DNA of 64,000 nt from Thermodesulfobacteriota bacterium (GCA_049320885.1 JBMORA010000014.1:85612-149611); one strand, 5' to 3'; shown: positions 31,167-42,192, numbered from the stretch's first letter. The notes: a model not told the origin generated them from the letters alone. Translations and numbers: made by a program.

Positions 31167-33254
31167 TCAGGAATTCGGCAGGGAAGGCGAAATATCCAGT
31201 ACCCGGCGAATGACGGCGGCAATTTCTTTCCGGGCGGACGGTTTCATGATAAACTCCCTGATACCCAAAGCATTTGCCTGCTCGATGGTCATGAATTGAC
31301 TATATCCAGTGCACAGGATGACCGGTATCGATGGTTTGATGCGGATCATTTTTCCCGCCAGCTCGATTCCGGTCATGGACGGCATGGTCATATCGGTGAT
31401 GACCAGGTCAAACGCATCGGGTGCTTTCCGAAACAGATCCAGTGCTTCCTGCCCGTTGGTAGCGGCGGTGACGTGATAGCCGAGTCGCTCCAGAATCCGC
31501 TTGTTCGCATCCACGACGACCTCTTCATCATCGACAAACAGAATCCGTTCCATCCCCAAAGGCGGTTCCGCCGATGCTCCGGGAGACTCGTGCTCGTCTT
31601 TTTCCTGGAAGACCGGTAACAGCACTTCGATCGTTGTTCCTTCGCCGGGTTTACTGCTGACGGTGATCCCGCCTTTATGATTGATGACGATTCCGTGAAC
31701 GACGGAAAGTCCCAGTCCCGCCCCCTCGCCCGGTTGCTTGGTGGTGAAAAAGGGATCGAAGATGCGGTCCTTGATATCCTGCTGGATGCCGCAGCCCCCA
31801 TCCTTGACGGCGATTCGGACATACCGGCCGGGCATAAGGTCCGATCCGGAAGGCGGTTCATGAAGCATGGTATTAGTTAGGGACACGTTCAAGGTGCCGC
31901 CCCCGGCATGCATCGACTGGGCGGCATTATTGCACAGGTTGATCACCAGTTGTTGAATTTGGTCGGGATCGGCCATCACCGGATCGATTCGTTCCTCGAT
32001 TTCCTGGTGGATAACGATGGTGGAAGGAAACATGGCCCGGAGCATCTTCAATGTCTCTTTCATCAGGGTGTTGATTTTAAGGGGCTTGGATTCCACGTCC
32101 GATCTGCGGCTGAAGGTCAGGATTTGTTCGATGAGATCCTTGGCCCGATGACTTCCCCTGATGACCTGTTCAAGAGAATAGGCGGTTTCCGAGCCTTCTT
32201 CCACATCGTCCAGGGCGAGTTCGGTATTTAAGAGGATGGAGCCGAGAATATTGTTGAAATCGTGCGCAATTCCCCCGGCGAGGGTTCCGATGGCCTCCAT
32301 TTTATGAGCATAGCGCAGCCGGCTTTCCAGTTTTTCTTTTTCTTCCTCGGCCCGGAGTTGATTCGTAATATCGGTGATGACGCCGGTAAACCCGATGACC
32401 TTGCCGGATGGATTGCATTTGTAGTTCCAATCCGCCTTGATGTCCACGTCGGCGCCGTTTGGTTTGCGGCACTTGAGAAAATAGGGGATCGGCAGGGATT
32501 CGTCTTCGGCCATTTTTTTGAGAAGCCGGAGCATTTCCCCACGTTTCATGGGGACGGCCATGACATCGAGGATCGATCTGCCGATCAGGGCGTTCTTGCG
32601 GTAGCCGAGTATTTTTTCAAGGGCGGAATTGGCGAAGGTGATCCTTCCTTCCAGATCGATTTCCTGAATCCCGTGGGGAATGGTTTCCACAAGGTCGCGG
32701 TAGCGTTTTTCGCTTTCCCGCAGAGCTTCTTCCACTTTCTTACGATCGGTGATATCGATGCTGGTGATGATCGCCCCTCCGGATATCGGGGAGATCCGGA
32801 TATGAAGAAATGTGTCGTTATACTGGAGCTCCGGGAATTCTTTTGGAATTCCGGAGCGGATACAGTCTTTCAGTTCCGCAAGCATGTCGATGCGATGCTT
32901 GCCGGCATAATCCTGATACATGATGTCGCCGATTTTCGGCACCCGGCTATCGGTTTCGCTTTTGGCCAGATTATAACCGATAACCCTGGCGTTTTGATCG
33001 ACAATGATGGCGCCGATGGGGTTGTGTTCGAAAAGCGCGCGGTACCTCTCTTCGCTTTTTCGCAACGCTTCTTCAACCCGCCTGCGGTCCCTGATCTCCA
33101 GTTTGAGCTGCCGATTGGTTCTGATCAGTTCGGCGGTCCGCGCCATCACACGGAGCGCCCTTTCTTCCTTGTCTTTTTTTGAATGGCTTAGCGGAGACCG
33201 GGCAAAAAATTTTGATGCATGCTTCGGTATGAGACGGCTGCTTCTCTTTTTCAT
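31167..33254 (-). CDS. PAS hybrid sensor histidine kinase/receiver
   Basis: Two PAS-like segments, [21 protein letters not shown]. Confidence 0.92.
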   Translation of the reverse strand: MKKRSSRLIPKHASKFFARSPLSHSKKDKEERALRVMARTAELIRTNRQLKLEIRDRRRVEEALRKSEERYRALFEHNPIGAIIVDQNARVIGYNLAKSETDSRVPKIGDIMYQDYAGKHRIDMLAELKDCIRSGIPKEFPELQYNDTFLHIRISPISGGAIITSIDITDRKKVEEALRESEKRYRDLVETIPHGIQEIDLEGRITFANSALEKILGYRKNALIGRSILDVMAVPMKRGEMLRLLKKMAEDESLPIPYFLKCRKPNGADVDIKADWNYKCNPSGKVIGFTGVITDITNQLRAEEEKEKLESRLRYAHKMEAIGTLAGGIAHDFNNILGSILLNTELALDDVEEGSETAYSLEQVIRGSHRAKDLIEQILTFSRRSDVESKPLKINTLMKETLKMLRAMFPSTIVIHQEIEERIDPVMADPDQIQQLVINLCNNAAQSMHAGGGTLNVSLTNTMLHEPPSGSDLMPGRYVRIAVKDGGCGIQQDIKDRIFDPFFTTKQPGEGAGLGLSVVHGIVINHKGGITVSSKPGEGTTIEVLLPVFQEKDEHESPGASAEPPLGMERILFVDDEEVVVDANKRILERLGYHVTAATNGQEALDLFRKAPDAFDLVITDMTMPSMTGIELAGKMIRIKPSIPVILCTGYSQFMTIEQANALGIREFIMKPSARKEIAAVIRRVLDISPSLPNS

Positions 33255-33565
33255 GGCACCTCGAATGGCTGGTTCTGTTTGACGATCTTGTGTCGAACGC
33301 TTTTCCGGGCGCGGCCGATTCGGTCAGGCAATAGCCTGGAAAGGCGTTTGCAGGAAGAAAACGCGGCAAACTCTGGATCCTTGGTGTATTCTCCGTGAAC
33401 AGAAGCAGATATAAGGGAAAAAAAGTTGTTTCGGTTTCCGTGCCAAATCTGATGACAAACTACCACAGAAACGACCGAATTTCAAGTCTCGTCACAAAAG
33501 GCTTGACATCATTTGCGAATATCCCGACACTAGCCATGTCTCTCATCCTGACAGCAAGGAGGGCC

Positions 33566-36538
33566 ATGTCGCAAAACCGTTACGGCGATCGATACGACGA
33601 GTCTTTCAAGACCTTCCACGAGCTGATGGCTTGGCGCGTGCGGGAAATCCTTCTTATTTCAAGCCCTTATGATGCATTTATCATGGAGGAGGACGGCCGG
33701 ATCGCCGGCCGGATCATACACGAATACCGGGGCTTGAACCTGACCCGCCCGCCCCGGATCAGTTGGGTGTCAACGGGCCAGGATGCGCTCCGGATGCTGA
33801 CGGAAAAGCAATTCGACCTGGTCATCACCATGCCGAGGATTGATGACATGGAGCCCGCCCTTCTGTGCCGGGAAATCAAGACACGCCGGAGGGATCTGTC
33901 GATTTATTTTCTGGCGCATGATACCAGCCGCTTTCTGGACGGAATGGAGGATCCGCTGTGTACGCATATCGACCGTCGTTTTGTGTGGCTGGGCAATACC
34001 GATCTGCTGCTGGCGATGATCAAGAGTACCGAGGATCGGCTGAACGTTTCTTCCGATACGGAAAAAGCGCGAGTCCGGGTGATCATTCTGGTGGAAGATT
34101 CCCCGGTCTACTTGTCATCCCTGCTCCCGTTTCTCTATAAAGAAATTGTCCGGCAGACCCAATCGGCCATGGACGAGTCCATCAACGAGGAGCACCGAAT
34201 CCTGCGCATGCGGGCCAGACCCAAGATTCTCATCGCTGAAACTTTTGAAGATGCGCAACGGCTTGTCCGGCAGTTCAGCCCCTACTTGCTGAGCGTGCTC
34301 AGCGATGCCCGTTTCCCCAACAAGGGAAAGCTCGACCAGGAAGCCGGAATGAAACTCCTTACGGAAATAAAGCAGGAATTACCGGATTTGCCGCTTCTGC
34401 TGTTCAGCTCCGAGCCGGCCAATCAGGAAAAGGCGATCCGTATCCAGGCACATTTCATCAACAAGAATTCACCAAACCTGCACCGGGACATCCGCGAATT
34501 TTTCACCCGCAACCTGGGCTTTGACGATTTCATTTTTCGACTTCCGGGAGGGGAAGAAGTCGGCCGGGCCGCCAATCTGAAGGAAATGGAAAAAATATTA
34601 CCGGAAATTCCGGAAGCGTCCATCCTTTTTCATGCCGGCCGCGAGGATTTTTCCACCTGGATGATGGCCCGGTCGGAAATTGAGCTGGCATCCCGTCTTC
34701 GCCAGGTCAAGGTGAATGATTTTGAGGATATTCGGAATGTAAAGCAATACCTGCTCGCTTCGATCCGGAAGCAGCGCAGGGAACGGCAGCGGGGCGTCAT
34801 CATCGAATTCAGCGAAAGCGGATATGATCCTTCCGCCGAATTCGTGAAGATCGGCAACGGTTCGCTGGGCGGCAAGGCAAGAGGGCTGGCTTTTCTGGCC
34901 GTCTTGTTGAAAAACAACCAGGCGCTTTTCTCGAAATATCCCGGAATGACGGTTCGAATTCCTAGTACATTGGTCATCAGCACCGAAGGCTTCGAGTCCT
35001 TTCTGAATGAGAACGATCTGGCATTCGGTTCAATGAAGGACCTGGATGACGCCCGCATCGAGGAATTGTTCCTGAAGGCCCGGGTTCCGGATCAGTTGCG
35101 GCGGGAACTGGAGCTATTCCTGTCGTTCGCGGACTATCCGCTGGCTGTGCGTTCCTCCGGGCTTTTGGAGGATGTCCCCTCCCAACCCAGCGCCGGTATT
35201 TATAAGACCTATATGATACCCAACAATCACCCGGATCGCAGCCGTCGGCTTTTCCATCTGGAGAACGCCGTCAAGCGCGTATATGCCTCGACCTATTCGG
35301 CTTCGTCCCAGGCTTTTGTCCGGCAATCCCAGTATCGCGCGGAAGAAGACCGCATGGCCGTGATCATCCAGCAGATCATCGGCAGTGAAACGAACGGCTT
35401 GTATTATCCGGCGATTTCCGGGGTGGCGCAGTCCATCAACTTCTATCCGATGGGACATATGAAAGCGGAAGAGGGCGTGGCCCATATCGCCCTGGGGTTC
35501 GGCCGAATCGTGATGGACGGCGGCGTCTGTCTTCGCTTTTCACCGCTCTACCCCCAGTTGCTGCCGCAGTTCACCAGCGTGGAGGCCACCCTGAAAAACG
35601 CCCAGCGGTCTTTTTACGCCCTGCGACTTCCGGACGCGCATGAGCCCGATCCTCAGTCCCCGGATGAATTCATGCGGCTGCTTTCCGTTGAGGAGGTGGC
35701 GGATCATCCGGTGGTGAATCGGATGGCCAGCACGTATGTGTTCGAGGATCACCGCATCCGCGATGCAACCGGTCTGGCGGGACAAAAGTTGGTGACCTTC
35801 GCTGCTGTGCTGAAATATAATCTCTTTCCCCTGGCGGAGATCCTGCGGGACATTCTGGAACTGGGCCGGCGGGGCATGGGATGCCCGGTGGAAATCGAAT
35901 TCGCCGTCAATGCCGGGATGAAAAAGCCGGAAACGGTTGAATTCGCCCTGTTGCAGATCCGCCCCATGATCAAAGGCGGTCAACGCCTTGTCGTGGAAAT
36001 CGATGAGCGGGACCGGAAGACCGCGTTCTGTTTTTCCCGGCATGCGCTGGGAAACGGCCAGAAAACGGATGTCAGGGACATTCTGTACGTCAGACCCGAC
36101 ACCTTTGATCCGGCCCGCACCATGGAGATGGTTGCCCCGATCGCCGGGATGAACCGGACGCTGACGGAGCTGCAAAGGCCTTATCTGTTGATCGGCCCCG
36201 GCCGCTGGGGATCGGCCGATCGCTGGCTGGGAATTCCCGTTGACTGGAGAGATATCGCGGGCGTCGGTGCGATTGTGGAAACAATAGCCCCCAATATGCC
36301 GGCGGAGCCTTCCCAGGGTAGTCATTTTTTTCATAATATCACGGCCCTTGGAATCAGTTATATCACCGTAAAGGAAGATGGACAGGATTTTCTGGATTGG
36401 AACTGGCTGTTGTCGCAGCCGGCGGAAAGCGAAACCGAATTTATCCGCCACGTTCATCTGCGGAACGGCATGCGCGTCAAAGTGGATGGAAGACGATCGA
36501 TGGCGGCCGTGATCGCGGACGCCGAACCCACAATCTGA
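33566..36538 (+). CDS. Receiver-domain plus PEP/pyruvate-binding (PPDK_N) protein
   Basis: GSLGGKARGL, AVRSSGLLED, IEFA..LLQIRP; N-terminal receiver-like domains; SD AAGGAGG. Confidence 0.85.
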   Translation: MSQNRYGDRYDESFKTFHELMAWRVREILLISSPYDAFIMEEDGRIAGRIIHEYRGLNLTRPPRISWVSTGQDALRMLTEKQFDLVITMPRIDDMEPALLCREIKTRRRDLSIYFLAHDTSRFLDGMEDPLCTHIDRRFVWLGNTDLLLAMIKSTEDRLNVSSDTEKARVRVIILVEDSPVYLSSLLPFLYKEIVRQTQSAMDESINEEHRILRMRARPKILIAETFEDAQRLVRQFSPYLLSVLSDARFPNKGKLDQEAGMKLLTEIKQELPDLPLLLFSSEPANQEKAIRIQAHFINKNSPNLHRDIREFFTRNLGFDDFIFRLPGGEEVGRAANLKEMEKILPEIPEASILFHAGREDFSTWMMARSEIELASRLRQVKVNDFEDIRNVKQYLLASIRKQRRERQRGVIIEFSESGYDPSAEFVKIGNGSLGGKARGLAFLAVLLKNNQALFSKYPGMTVRIPSTLVISTEGFESFLNENDLAFGSMKDLDDARIEELFLKARVPDQLRRELELFLSFADYPLAVRSSGLLEDVPSQPSAGIYKTYMIPNNHPDRSRRLFHLENAVKRVYASTYSASSQAFVRQSQYRAEEDRMAVIIQQIIGSETNGLYYPAISGVAQSINFYPMGHMKAEEGVAHIALGFGRIVMDGGVCLRFSPLYPQLLPQFTSVEATLKNAQRSFYALRLPDAHEPDPQSPDEFMRLLSVEEVADHPVVNRMASTYVFEDHRIRDATGLAGQKLVTFAAVLKYNLFPLAEILRDILELGRRGMGCPVEIEFAVNAGMKKPETVEFALLQIRPMIKGGQRLVVEIDERDRKTAFCFSRHALGNGQKTDVRDILYVRPDTFDPARTMEMVAPIAGMNRTLTELQRPYLLIGPGRWGSADRWLGIPVDWRDIAGVGAIVETIAPNMPAEPSQGSHFFHNITALGISYITVKEDGQDFLDWNWLLSQPAESETEFIRHVHLRNGMRVKVDGRRSMAAVIADAEPTI

Positions 36539-36553
36539 TAACGGAGGTCAGGA

Positions 36554-37903
36554 ATGGAAGACATACTGGACAAGATCAAGGCCAAGGATCCGGGGGAAAA
36601 AGCCTTCCACCAGGCGATCAGCGAAGTATTCTTATCCGTCAGACCCGTCCTGGATCGGCATCCGGAATACCGCCACCAAAAAATTCTGGAACGAATCGCG
36701 GAACCGGAGCGCGTGATCCTTTTCCGGGTGCCATGGATGGACGATCGCGGCGTACCCCAGGTCAACCGGGGTTTTCGGATTGAAATGAACAGCGCCATCG
36801 GACCGTACAAAGGCGGACTTCGATTTCATCCGTCCGTGAATCTGTCGATTCTCAAATTCCTGGCGTTCGAACAGGTTTTCAAGAATGCGCTGACCTCCCT
36901 GCCGCTGGGAGGGGGAAAGGGCGGCTCCGATTTCGACCCAAAAGGAAAATCCGACAACGAGGTCATGCGGTTCTGCCAGAGTTTCATGGCGGAACTGTAC
37001 CGGCATATCGGACCCGACACGGATGTTCCGGCCGGAGATATCGGCGTGGGCGCGCGGGAAATCGGCTTCCTGTTCGGCATGTATAAGAAACTCCGCAATG
37101 AGTTTACCGGCGTGTTGACCGGTAAAAGCCTCAACTGGGGGGGCAGCCTGATCCGGCCGGAGGCCACCGGTTACGGATGCGTCTATTTCGCGGCGGAAAT
37201 GCTCGCGACCCGCAATGAGAACATGAAGGACAAGATTTGTCTGGTATCCGGATCGGGAAATGTCGCCCAGTTCACGGCTGAAAAAATTTTGGCGTTGGGC
37301 GGCAGGGTGATCACGCTTTCCGATTCATCCGGCTGCATTGTCGACGAGGCCGGCATCGACGCGGAAAAACTGGCCTTTGTCAAATCCTTGAAGAATGTGC
37401 GGCGCGGCCGTATCAAGGAATACGCGGACAGTTATCCAAACGCGATTTACATTCCCCGGGATCCGACGGAGGAATGCAATCCCATCTGGAATCAACCGGC
37501 GGATTGCGCGTTTCCCTGCGCAACGGAAAATGAGATCAACGGCCGGGATGCGGAGCATCTTGTGGATAATGGCGTAATCCTGGTTGCCGAAGGCGCCAAC
37601 ATGCCGACAACGCCCGAAGGAGTGGATGTCTTCCTGGACCGGGGGATTCTCTATGCGCCTGGAAAGGCGGCCAACGCCGGCGGGGTGGCTGTTTCCGGCC
37701 TGGAGATGTCCCAGAACAGCATGCGGCTGCATTGGCCCAAGGCGGAAGTGGAGGACCGGCTCCGGATGATCATGAAGAACATCCACAAAAGCTGCCTGGA
37801 GGCGGCTGAAAAGTACGGGTCGCCGCGGAACTATGTCATCGGCGCCAACATCGCCGGGTTTGTGAAAGTGGTTGAGGCCATGCTTGATCAGGGACTTGTC
37901 TGA
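36554..37903 (+). CDS. gdhA: NADP-type glutamate dehydrogenase
   Basis: GPYKGGLRFH, GGGKGG, DVPAGDIG, RPEATGYG, EGANMP. Confidence 0.96.
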   Translation: MEDILDKIKAKDPGEKAFHQAISEVFLSVRPVLDRHPEYRHQKILERIAEPERVILFRVPWMDDRGVPQVNRGFRIEMNSAIGPYKGGLRFHPSVNLSILKFLAFEQVFKNALTSLPLGGGKGGSDFDPKGKSDNEVMRFCQSFMAELYRHIGPDTDVPAGDIGVGAREIGFLFGMYKKLRNEFTGVLTGKSLNWGGSLIRPEATGYGCVYFAAEMLATRNENMKDKICLVSGSGNVAQFTAEKILALGGRVITLSDSSGCIVDEAGIDAEKLAFVKSLKNVRRGRIKEYADSYPNAIYIPRDPTEECNPIWNQPADCAFPCATENEINGRDAEHLVDNGVILVAEGANMPTTPEGVDVFLDRGILYAPGKAANAGGVAVSGLEMSQNSMRLHWPKAEVEDRLRMIMKNIHKSCLEAAEKYGSPRNYVIGANIAGFVKVVEAMLDQGLV

Positions 37904-37983
37904 CCCCCACGGTTTGTTCATGTGTCTGGTATGGAAATTCAGGAGGCCTTTGTTCGTACGCCATCATTCTCCAGGAGGTTGGT

Positions 37984-39306
37984 ATGAAAATGCCCGTCAT
38001 CAAGACCCCGTTACCGGGTCCCAACGCCAAAAAACGCATCAAGGTCGACCAGAAATACGTATCGCCTTCCTATACCCGGGTTTATCCGCTGGTGGTGGAT
38101 AAGGCCAAGGGGGTCTGGATCCATGATGTGGACGGCAACATGTTTTTGGATTTCACTTCCGGCATCGCGGTCTGCGCCACCGGTCATTGCCATCCCAAGG
38201 TGGTGGACAGCATCGTCAAGCAGGCGAAACGGCTGCTGCATATGTCCGGGACCGATTTTTACTATACGCCACAGATCGATCTGGCGCAAAAACTGTCGGC
38301 CATCGCCCCCGGGAAAGGGGTAAAAAAGGTGTATTTCGGCAATTCCGGTGCGGAAGCCGTTGAGGCAGCCTTCAAGCTTGCCAGGTGGCATACCCGCCGG
38401 GAGCTGAATATCGCGTTTTTCGGCGCGTTCCACGGCCGGACCATGGGCGCCCTTTCCCTGACCGCCAGTAAAACCGTGCAGAAACGGCATTATAACCCGC
38501 TGGTTCCGGGTATCACCCATATTCCTTATGCCTATTGCTACCGCTGCCCCTATAATCTGACCTATCCGAAATGCGATATCGCCTGCGTGGACTGGGTGGA
38601 GAACACCCTGTTCCGGACAACCATCCCGCCGGAAGAAGTCGCCGCCATTTTCGTCGAACCCATCCAGGGCGAGGGGGGTTATATTGTTCCGCCGCCGGAA
38701 TTTCATCAGAAACTTCATCGCCTGGCCCAGCGTTACGGGATCCTCTACATCGCCGATGAGGTCCAATCCGGAATGGGCCGGACCGGCAGAATGTTTGCCA
38801 TGGAGCACTTCGGCGTGGATCCGGACATCATGTCCCTGGCCAAGGGGATCGCCTCCGGCCTTCCCCTGGGGGCCATGGTGGCGCGTTCCGAAATCATGAC
38901 CTGGGAAGCCGGCTCCCATGCCTCCACCTTCGGCGGCAACCCCCTTTCCTGCCAGGCGGCGCTGCAAACCATCGAACTGCTAGAACAGAATTTGATCGAA
39001 AACGCCCGTCGGCAGGGCGAGCGGCTGATGGCCGGGCTCCGCGAAATCCAGAAGGAGCATGAATGCATCGGCGATGTCCGCGGCAAGGGACTGATGATCG
39101 GCGTCGAATTGGTGGCGGACCGTGAAACCAAAAAGCCGGCCGGCGACCAGCGCGGACGGATCATCCGCGGGGCTTTCGAGAAGGGGCTGCTCCTGCTGGG
39201 CTGCGGCATCAACAGCCTGCGGTTTTGCCCGGCGCTTTCCGTTTCATCGCCGGAAATCGATGCCTGTTTGTCCATTTTTCATGATGTCATCCGCCAGACC
39301 CGTTGA
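37984..39306 (+). CDS. Class III PLP aminotransferase (ornithine/lysine/GABA omega-aminotransferase type)
   Basis: NSGAEA, FHGRT, EPIQGEGG, DEVQSG, AKG. Confidence 0.9.
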   Translation: MKMPVIKTPLPGPNAKKRIKVDQKYVSPSYTRVYPLVVDKAKGVWIHDVDGNMFLDFTSGIAVCATGHCHPKVVDSIVKQAKRLLHMSGTDFYYTPQIDLAQKLSAIAPGKGVKKVYFGNSGAEAVEAAFKLARWHTRRELNIAFFGAFHGRTMGALSLTASKTVQKRHYNPLVPGITHIPYAYCYRCPYNLTYPKCDIACVDWVENTLFRTTIPPEEVAAIFVEPIQGEGGYIVPPPEFHQKLHRLAQRYGILYIADEVQSGMGRTGRMFAMEHFGVDPDIMSLAKGIASGLPLGAMVARSEIMTWEAGSHASTFGGNPLSCQAALQTIELLEQNLIENARRQGERLMAGLREIQKEHECIGDVRGKGLMIGVELVADRETKKPAGDQRGRIIRGAFEKGLLLLGCGINSLRFCPALSVSSPEIDACLSIFHDVIRQTR

Positions 39307-39319
39307 AAGGAGATACCTG

Positions 39320-40846
39320 ATGAAATCCATTCTGGATCGGCTGGGGTTTTCCGGACCGCTTTCCGGGGCGGGCGCCGGGACATGGCTGGATTGCCGCGGG
39401 AAATCCGTTGCCTCCGTTTCCCCCATTCACGGAAAGACCGTTGGCGAGATCCGGTGCGCGGGGAAAAAAGAATATGAACGGGTCATACGCCAGGCGGTGA
39501 GCGGTTTCATGGAATGGCGGCGGATTCCGGCGCCGAAACGAGGGGAAGTGGTGCGCCAGATCGCGCAAGCCCTGAGGGAGCATAAAAGGGAACTCGGCGC
39601 CTTGGTCAGTCTGGAGGTCGGGAAAATCCTGACGGAAGGCGAAGGGGAAGTACAGGAGATGATCGATATCGCCGATTTTGCTGTCGGGCAGTCTCGGATG
39701 CTGTATGGACTCAGCATGCACAGCGAGCGCCCGGACCACCGGATGTACGAACAGTGGCACCCCCTGGGACCTGTCGGCGTGATCACCGCTTTCAATTTTC
39801 CGGTGGCGGTATGGGCATGGAACGCCATGCTCGCCATGATCGCCGGAGACACGGTGATCTGGAAGCCTTCGTCGAAAGCGCCTTTGTGCGCCATAGCCGT
39901 ATCGGAAATCGCCTGGAGGGTTCTCCGGGCAAATCGGTTGCCGGAGGGGATCCTCTGTCTGCTTATCGGCGACCGCCAACATATCGGTGAGCCGTTGGTC
40001 GCGGACACCCGGATTCCGCTGATCTCCGCCACCGGAAGCGTGCGCATGGGAAAGGCGGTCGCCGCAACAGTCGCCGGGCGCCTGGGCAGGACTCTCCTGG
40101 AACTGGGCGGCAACAATGCCGTGATCGTCACGCCCCAGGCCGATCTAGGAATGGCCGTGCGCGCCATTGTTTTCGGCGCCGTGGGAACCGCCGGGCAAAG
40201 GTGCACCAGCACGCGCCGGGTGATCGCCCATCGGGCGATTTATGAGGAACTGAAGGAGGCGCTTCTATCAGCCTACCGGCAGGTTACCATCGGCAATCCC
40301 TTGGAGGAAGGCGTGTTGATGGGGCCGCTCATCGACCGCCAGGCGGTGGACAACATGCGGAAGGCGCTTGGAACCATCGAGGGCCAGGGCGGCAGGGTTC
40401 TGTACGGCGGAGAGGTGCTGAAGGGCGGCAAATACAGAGCCGGTACCTATGTGACACCCTGTATATGTGAGGTCCCCCGGGAGCTGCCCATCATCCGCGA
40501 GGAAATATTCGCGCCGATCCTTTATCTGATTTCCTGTGATTCCCTGGAGGAAGCCATTGCCATCCAGAATGACGTGCCCCAGGGGCTGTCGTCGGCGATC
40601 TTCACCCGGCATCTCCAGGAGGCTGAAAAATTTCTTTGCTGCGCCGGCAGCGATTGCGGGATCGCCAATGTCAATATCGGCACTTCCGGAGCCGAAATCG
40701 GCGGCGCCTTCGGCGGTGAGAAGGAAACCGGCGGCGGCCGGGAGGCCGGATCAGACGCTTGGCGCGCTTACATGCGTCGGCAGACCAATACCATCAACTG
40801 GTCCGCGGATTTGCCGCTGGCCCAGGGAATACGGTTCGAACTCTGA
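39320..40846 (+). CDS. Aldehyde dehydrogenase, ALDH7/antiquitin (aminoadipate-semialdehyde DH) type
   Basis: AFNFPVAVW, LELGGNN, GTAGQRCT, GAEIGGAFGGEKETGGGRE. Confidence 0.9.
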   Translation: MKSILDRLGFSGPLSGAGAGTWLDCRGKSVASVSPIHGKTVGEIRCAGKKEYERVIRQAVSGFMEWRRIPAPKRGEVVRQIAQALREHKRELGALVSLEVGKILTEGEGEVQEMIDIADFAVGQSRMLYGLSMHSERPDHRMYEQWHPLGPVGVITAFNFPVAVWAWNAMLAMIAGDTVIWKPSSKAPLCAIAVSEIAWRVLRANRLPEGILCLLIGDRQHIGEPLVADTRIPLISATGSVRMGKAVAATVAGRLGRTLLELGGNNAVIVTPQADLGMAVRAIVFGAVGTAGQRCTSTRRVIAHRAIYEELKEALLSAYRQVTIGNPLEEGVLMGPLIDRQAVDNMRKALGTIEGQGGRVLYGGEVLKGGKYRAGTYVTPCICEVPRELPIIREEIFAPILYLISCDSLEEAIAIQNDVPQGLSSAIFTRHLQEAEKFLCCAGSDCGIANVNIGTSGAEIGGAFGGEKETGGGREAGSDAWRAYMRRQTNTINWSADLPLAQGIRFEL

Positions 40847-40860
40847 CAAGGAATGGATCA

Positions 40861-41376
40861 ATGAAAGGATATGTGCAGGTGTATACCGGCGACGGCAAGG
40901 GGAAAACAACCGCGGCCTTAGGGCTGGCGTTGCGGGCTTACGGCGCCGGCTTGAACGTCTATATCGCCCAGTTCGTCAAAGGCATGCAATATAGTGAACT
41001 CGACGCCGTTGCAAAACTGGCGGATCACATCACCATCAAACAATACGGCCGGGGATGCTTCATCAGAAATGTCCCGCAACCGGAGGATTTCGCGGCAGCC
41101 AGGGAAGCTCTCGAAGAGGTGCGACGGATCATGGGTTCGGGAAGATATCAGGTGGTGATCCTGGACGAGGCCAATATCGCCACTTTCTACAATCTGTTCA
41201 GCGTCGATGAGCTCCTGGAAGTCATCCGTGAGAAACCGGAGTCCGTGGAGCTGGTCATTACGGGGAGAAGAGCGGATGCGCGCATCATCGAGGCGGCGGA
41301 TCTGGTGACGGAAATGAGGGAAATCAAGCATTACTACCAGAGAGGCATCCAGGCCAGGGAGGGTATCGAGAAGTGA
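40861..41376 (+). CDS. cobO: Cob(I)alamin adenosyltransferase CobO/BtuR
   Basis: YTGDGKGKTTAA, QFVKG, LDEA, TGR. Confidence 0.9.
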   Translation: MKGYVQVYTGDGKGKTTAALGLALRAYGAGLNVYIAQFVKGMQYSELDAVAKLADHITIKQYGRGCFIRNVPQPEDFAAAREALEEVRRIMGSGRYQVVILDEANIATFYNLFSVDELLEVIREKPESVELVITGRRADARIIEAADLVTEMREIKHYYQRGIQAREGIEK

Positions 41377-42155
41377 TTTTCGTATTTGATGACAGCCGTC
41401 TGCTGGTCGTCCGGCATGCACAGGAGATCCGCATCCCCGAAGAAGGCGATCTGGAACGCTGCGGAATCGCCGTGATCCGCAGGCAGCAGATCGGCTCCCT
41501 TGGCGAGCGCCCCTGTTTCGCGGCTGAAATGGCCGACGCCGGCGGTTTTCTGCCGGAGAACTACGAATTGAGAGAGCTGCGGTCTTTATTTTCGGAAATG
41601 GATGAAGAGATCTTCTGGGCGGCGGGTCGGGCCAATCAGCTGGTCCATTGGCAGCAGACCCATCTTTATTGCGGGGCCTGCGGCCGTCCGACCCAGGACA
41701 AGTCCGACGAACGCGCCAAAATTTGCACCGCCTGCGGATTGGTAAACTATCCGCGATTATCGCCGGCCATGATCGTCGCCGTATTGAAGGACGACAAAAT
41801 CCTCCTGGCGCGCAATAAGCGCTTTCAGATACCGATTTACAGCGTGCTAGCCGGCTTTGTGGAACCGGGAGAAACTCTGGAGGCCTGTGTCGAGCGTGAG
41901 GTTGAGGAGGAAGTCGGTATCCGGGTCCGGAATATCCGATATTTCGGCAGTCAGCCGTGGCCGTTTCCCAATTCTCTGATGATTGCCTTCACTGCGGAGT
42001 ATGCCGGAGGAGAAATTGCCCCCGACCCGGCGGAAATCACGGATGCGGGCTGGTACCCGGCGGACGACCTGCCGCGGATTCCCTCAAAAATGAGCATCGC
42101 CGGAAAACTGATTGACTGGTTTTGCCGGCGGAAACCGTCTTCCCCTGAACAATAG
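41373..42155 (+). CDS. nudC: NADH pyrophosphatase (Nudix)
   Basis: Zn ribbon CGAC/CTAC, Nudix box, SQPWPFPNS. Confidence 0.93.
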   Translation: MIFVFDDSRLLVVRHAQEIRIPEEGDLERCGIAVIRRQQIGSLGERPCFAAEMADAGGFLPENYELRELRSLFSEMDEEIFWAAGRANQLVHWQQTHLYCGACGRPTQDKSDERAKICTACGLVNYPRLSPAMIVAVLKDDKILLARNKRFQIPIYSVLAGFVEPGETLEACVEREVEEEVGIRVRNIRYFGSQPWPFPNSLMIAFTAEYAGGEIAPDPAEITDAGWYPADDLPRIPSKMSIAGKLIDWFCRRKPSSPEQ

Positions 42156-42192
42156 GCCACTATCCACACAACATGCTGTATTCACAAATTTA

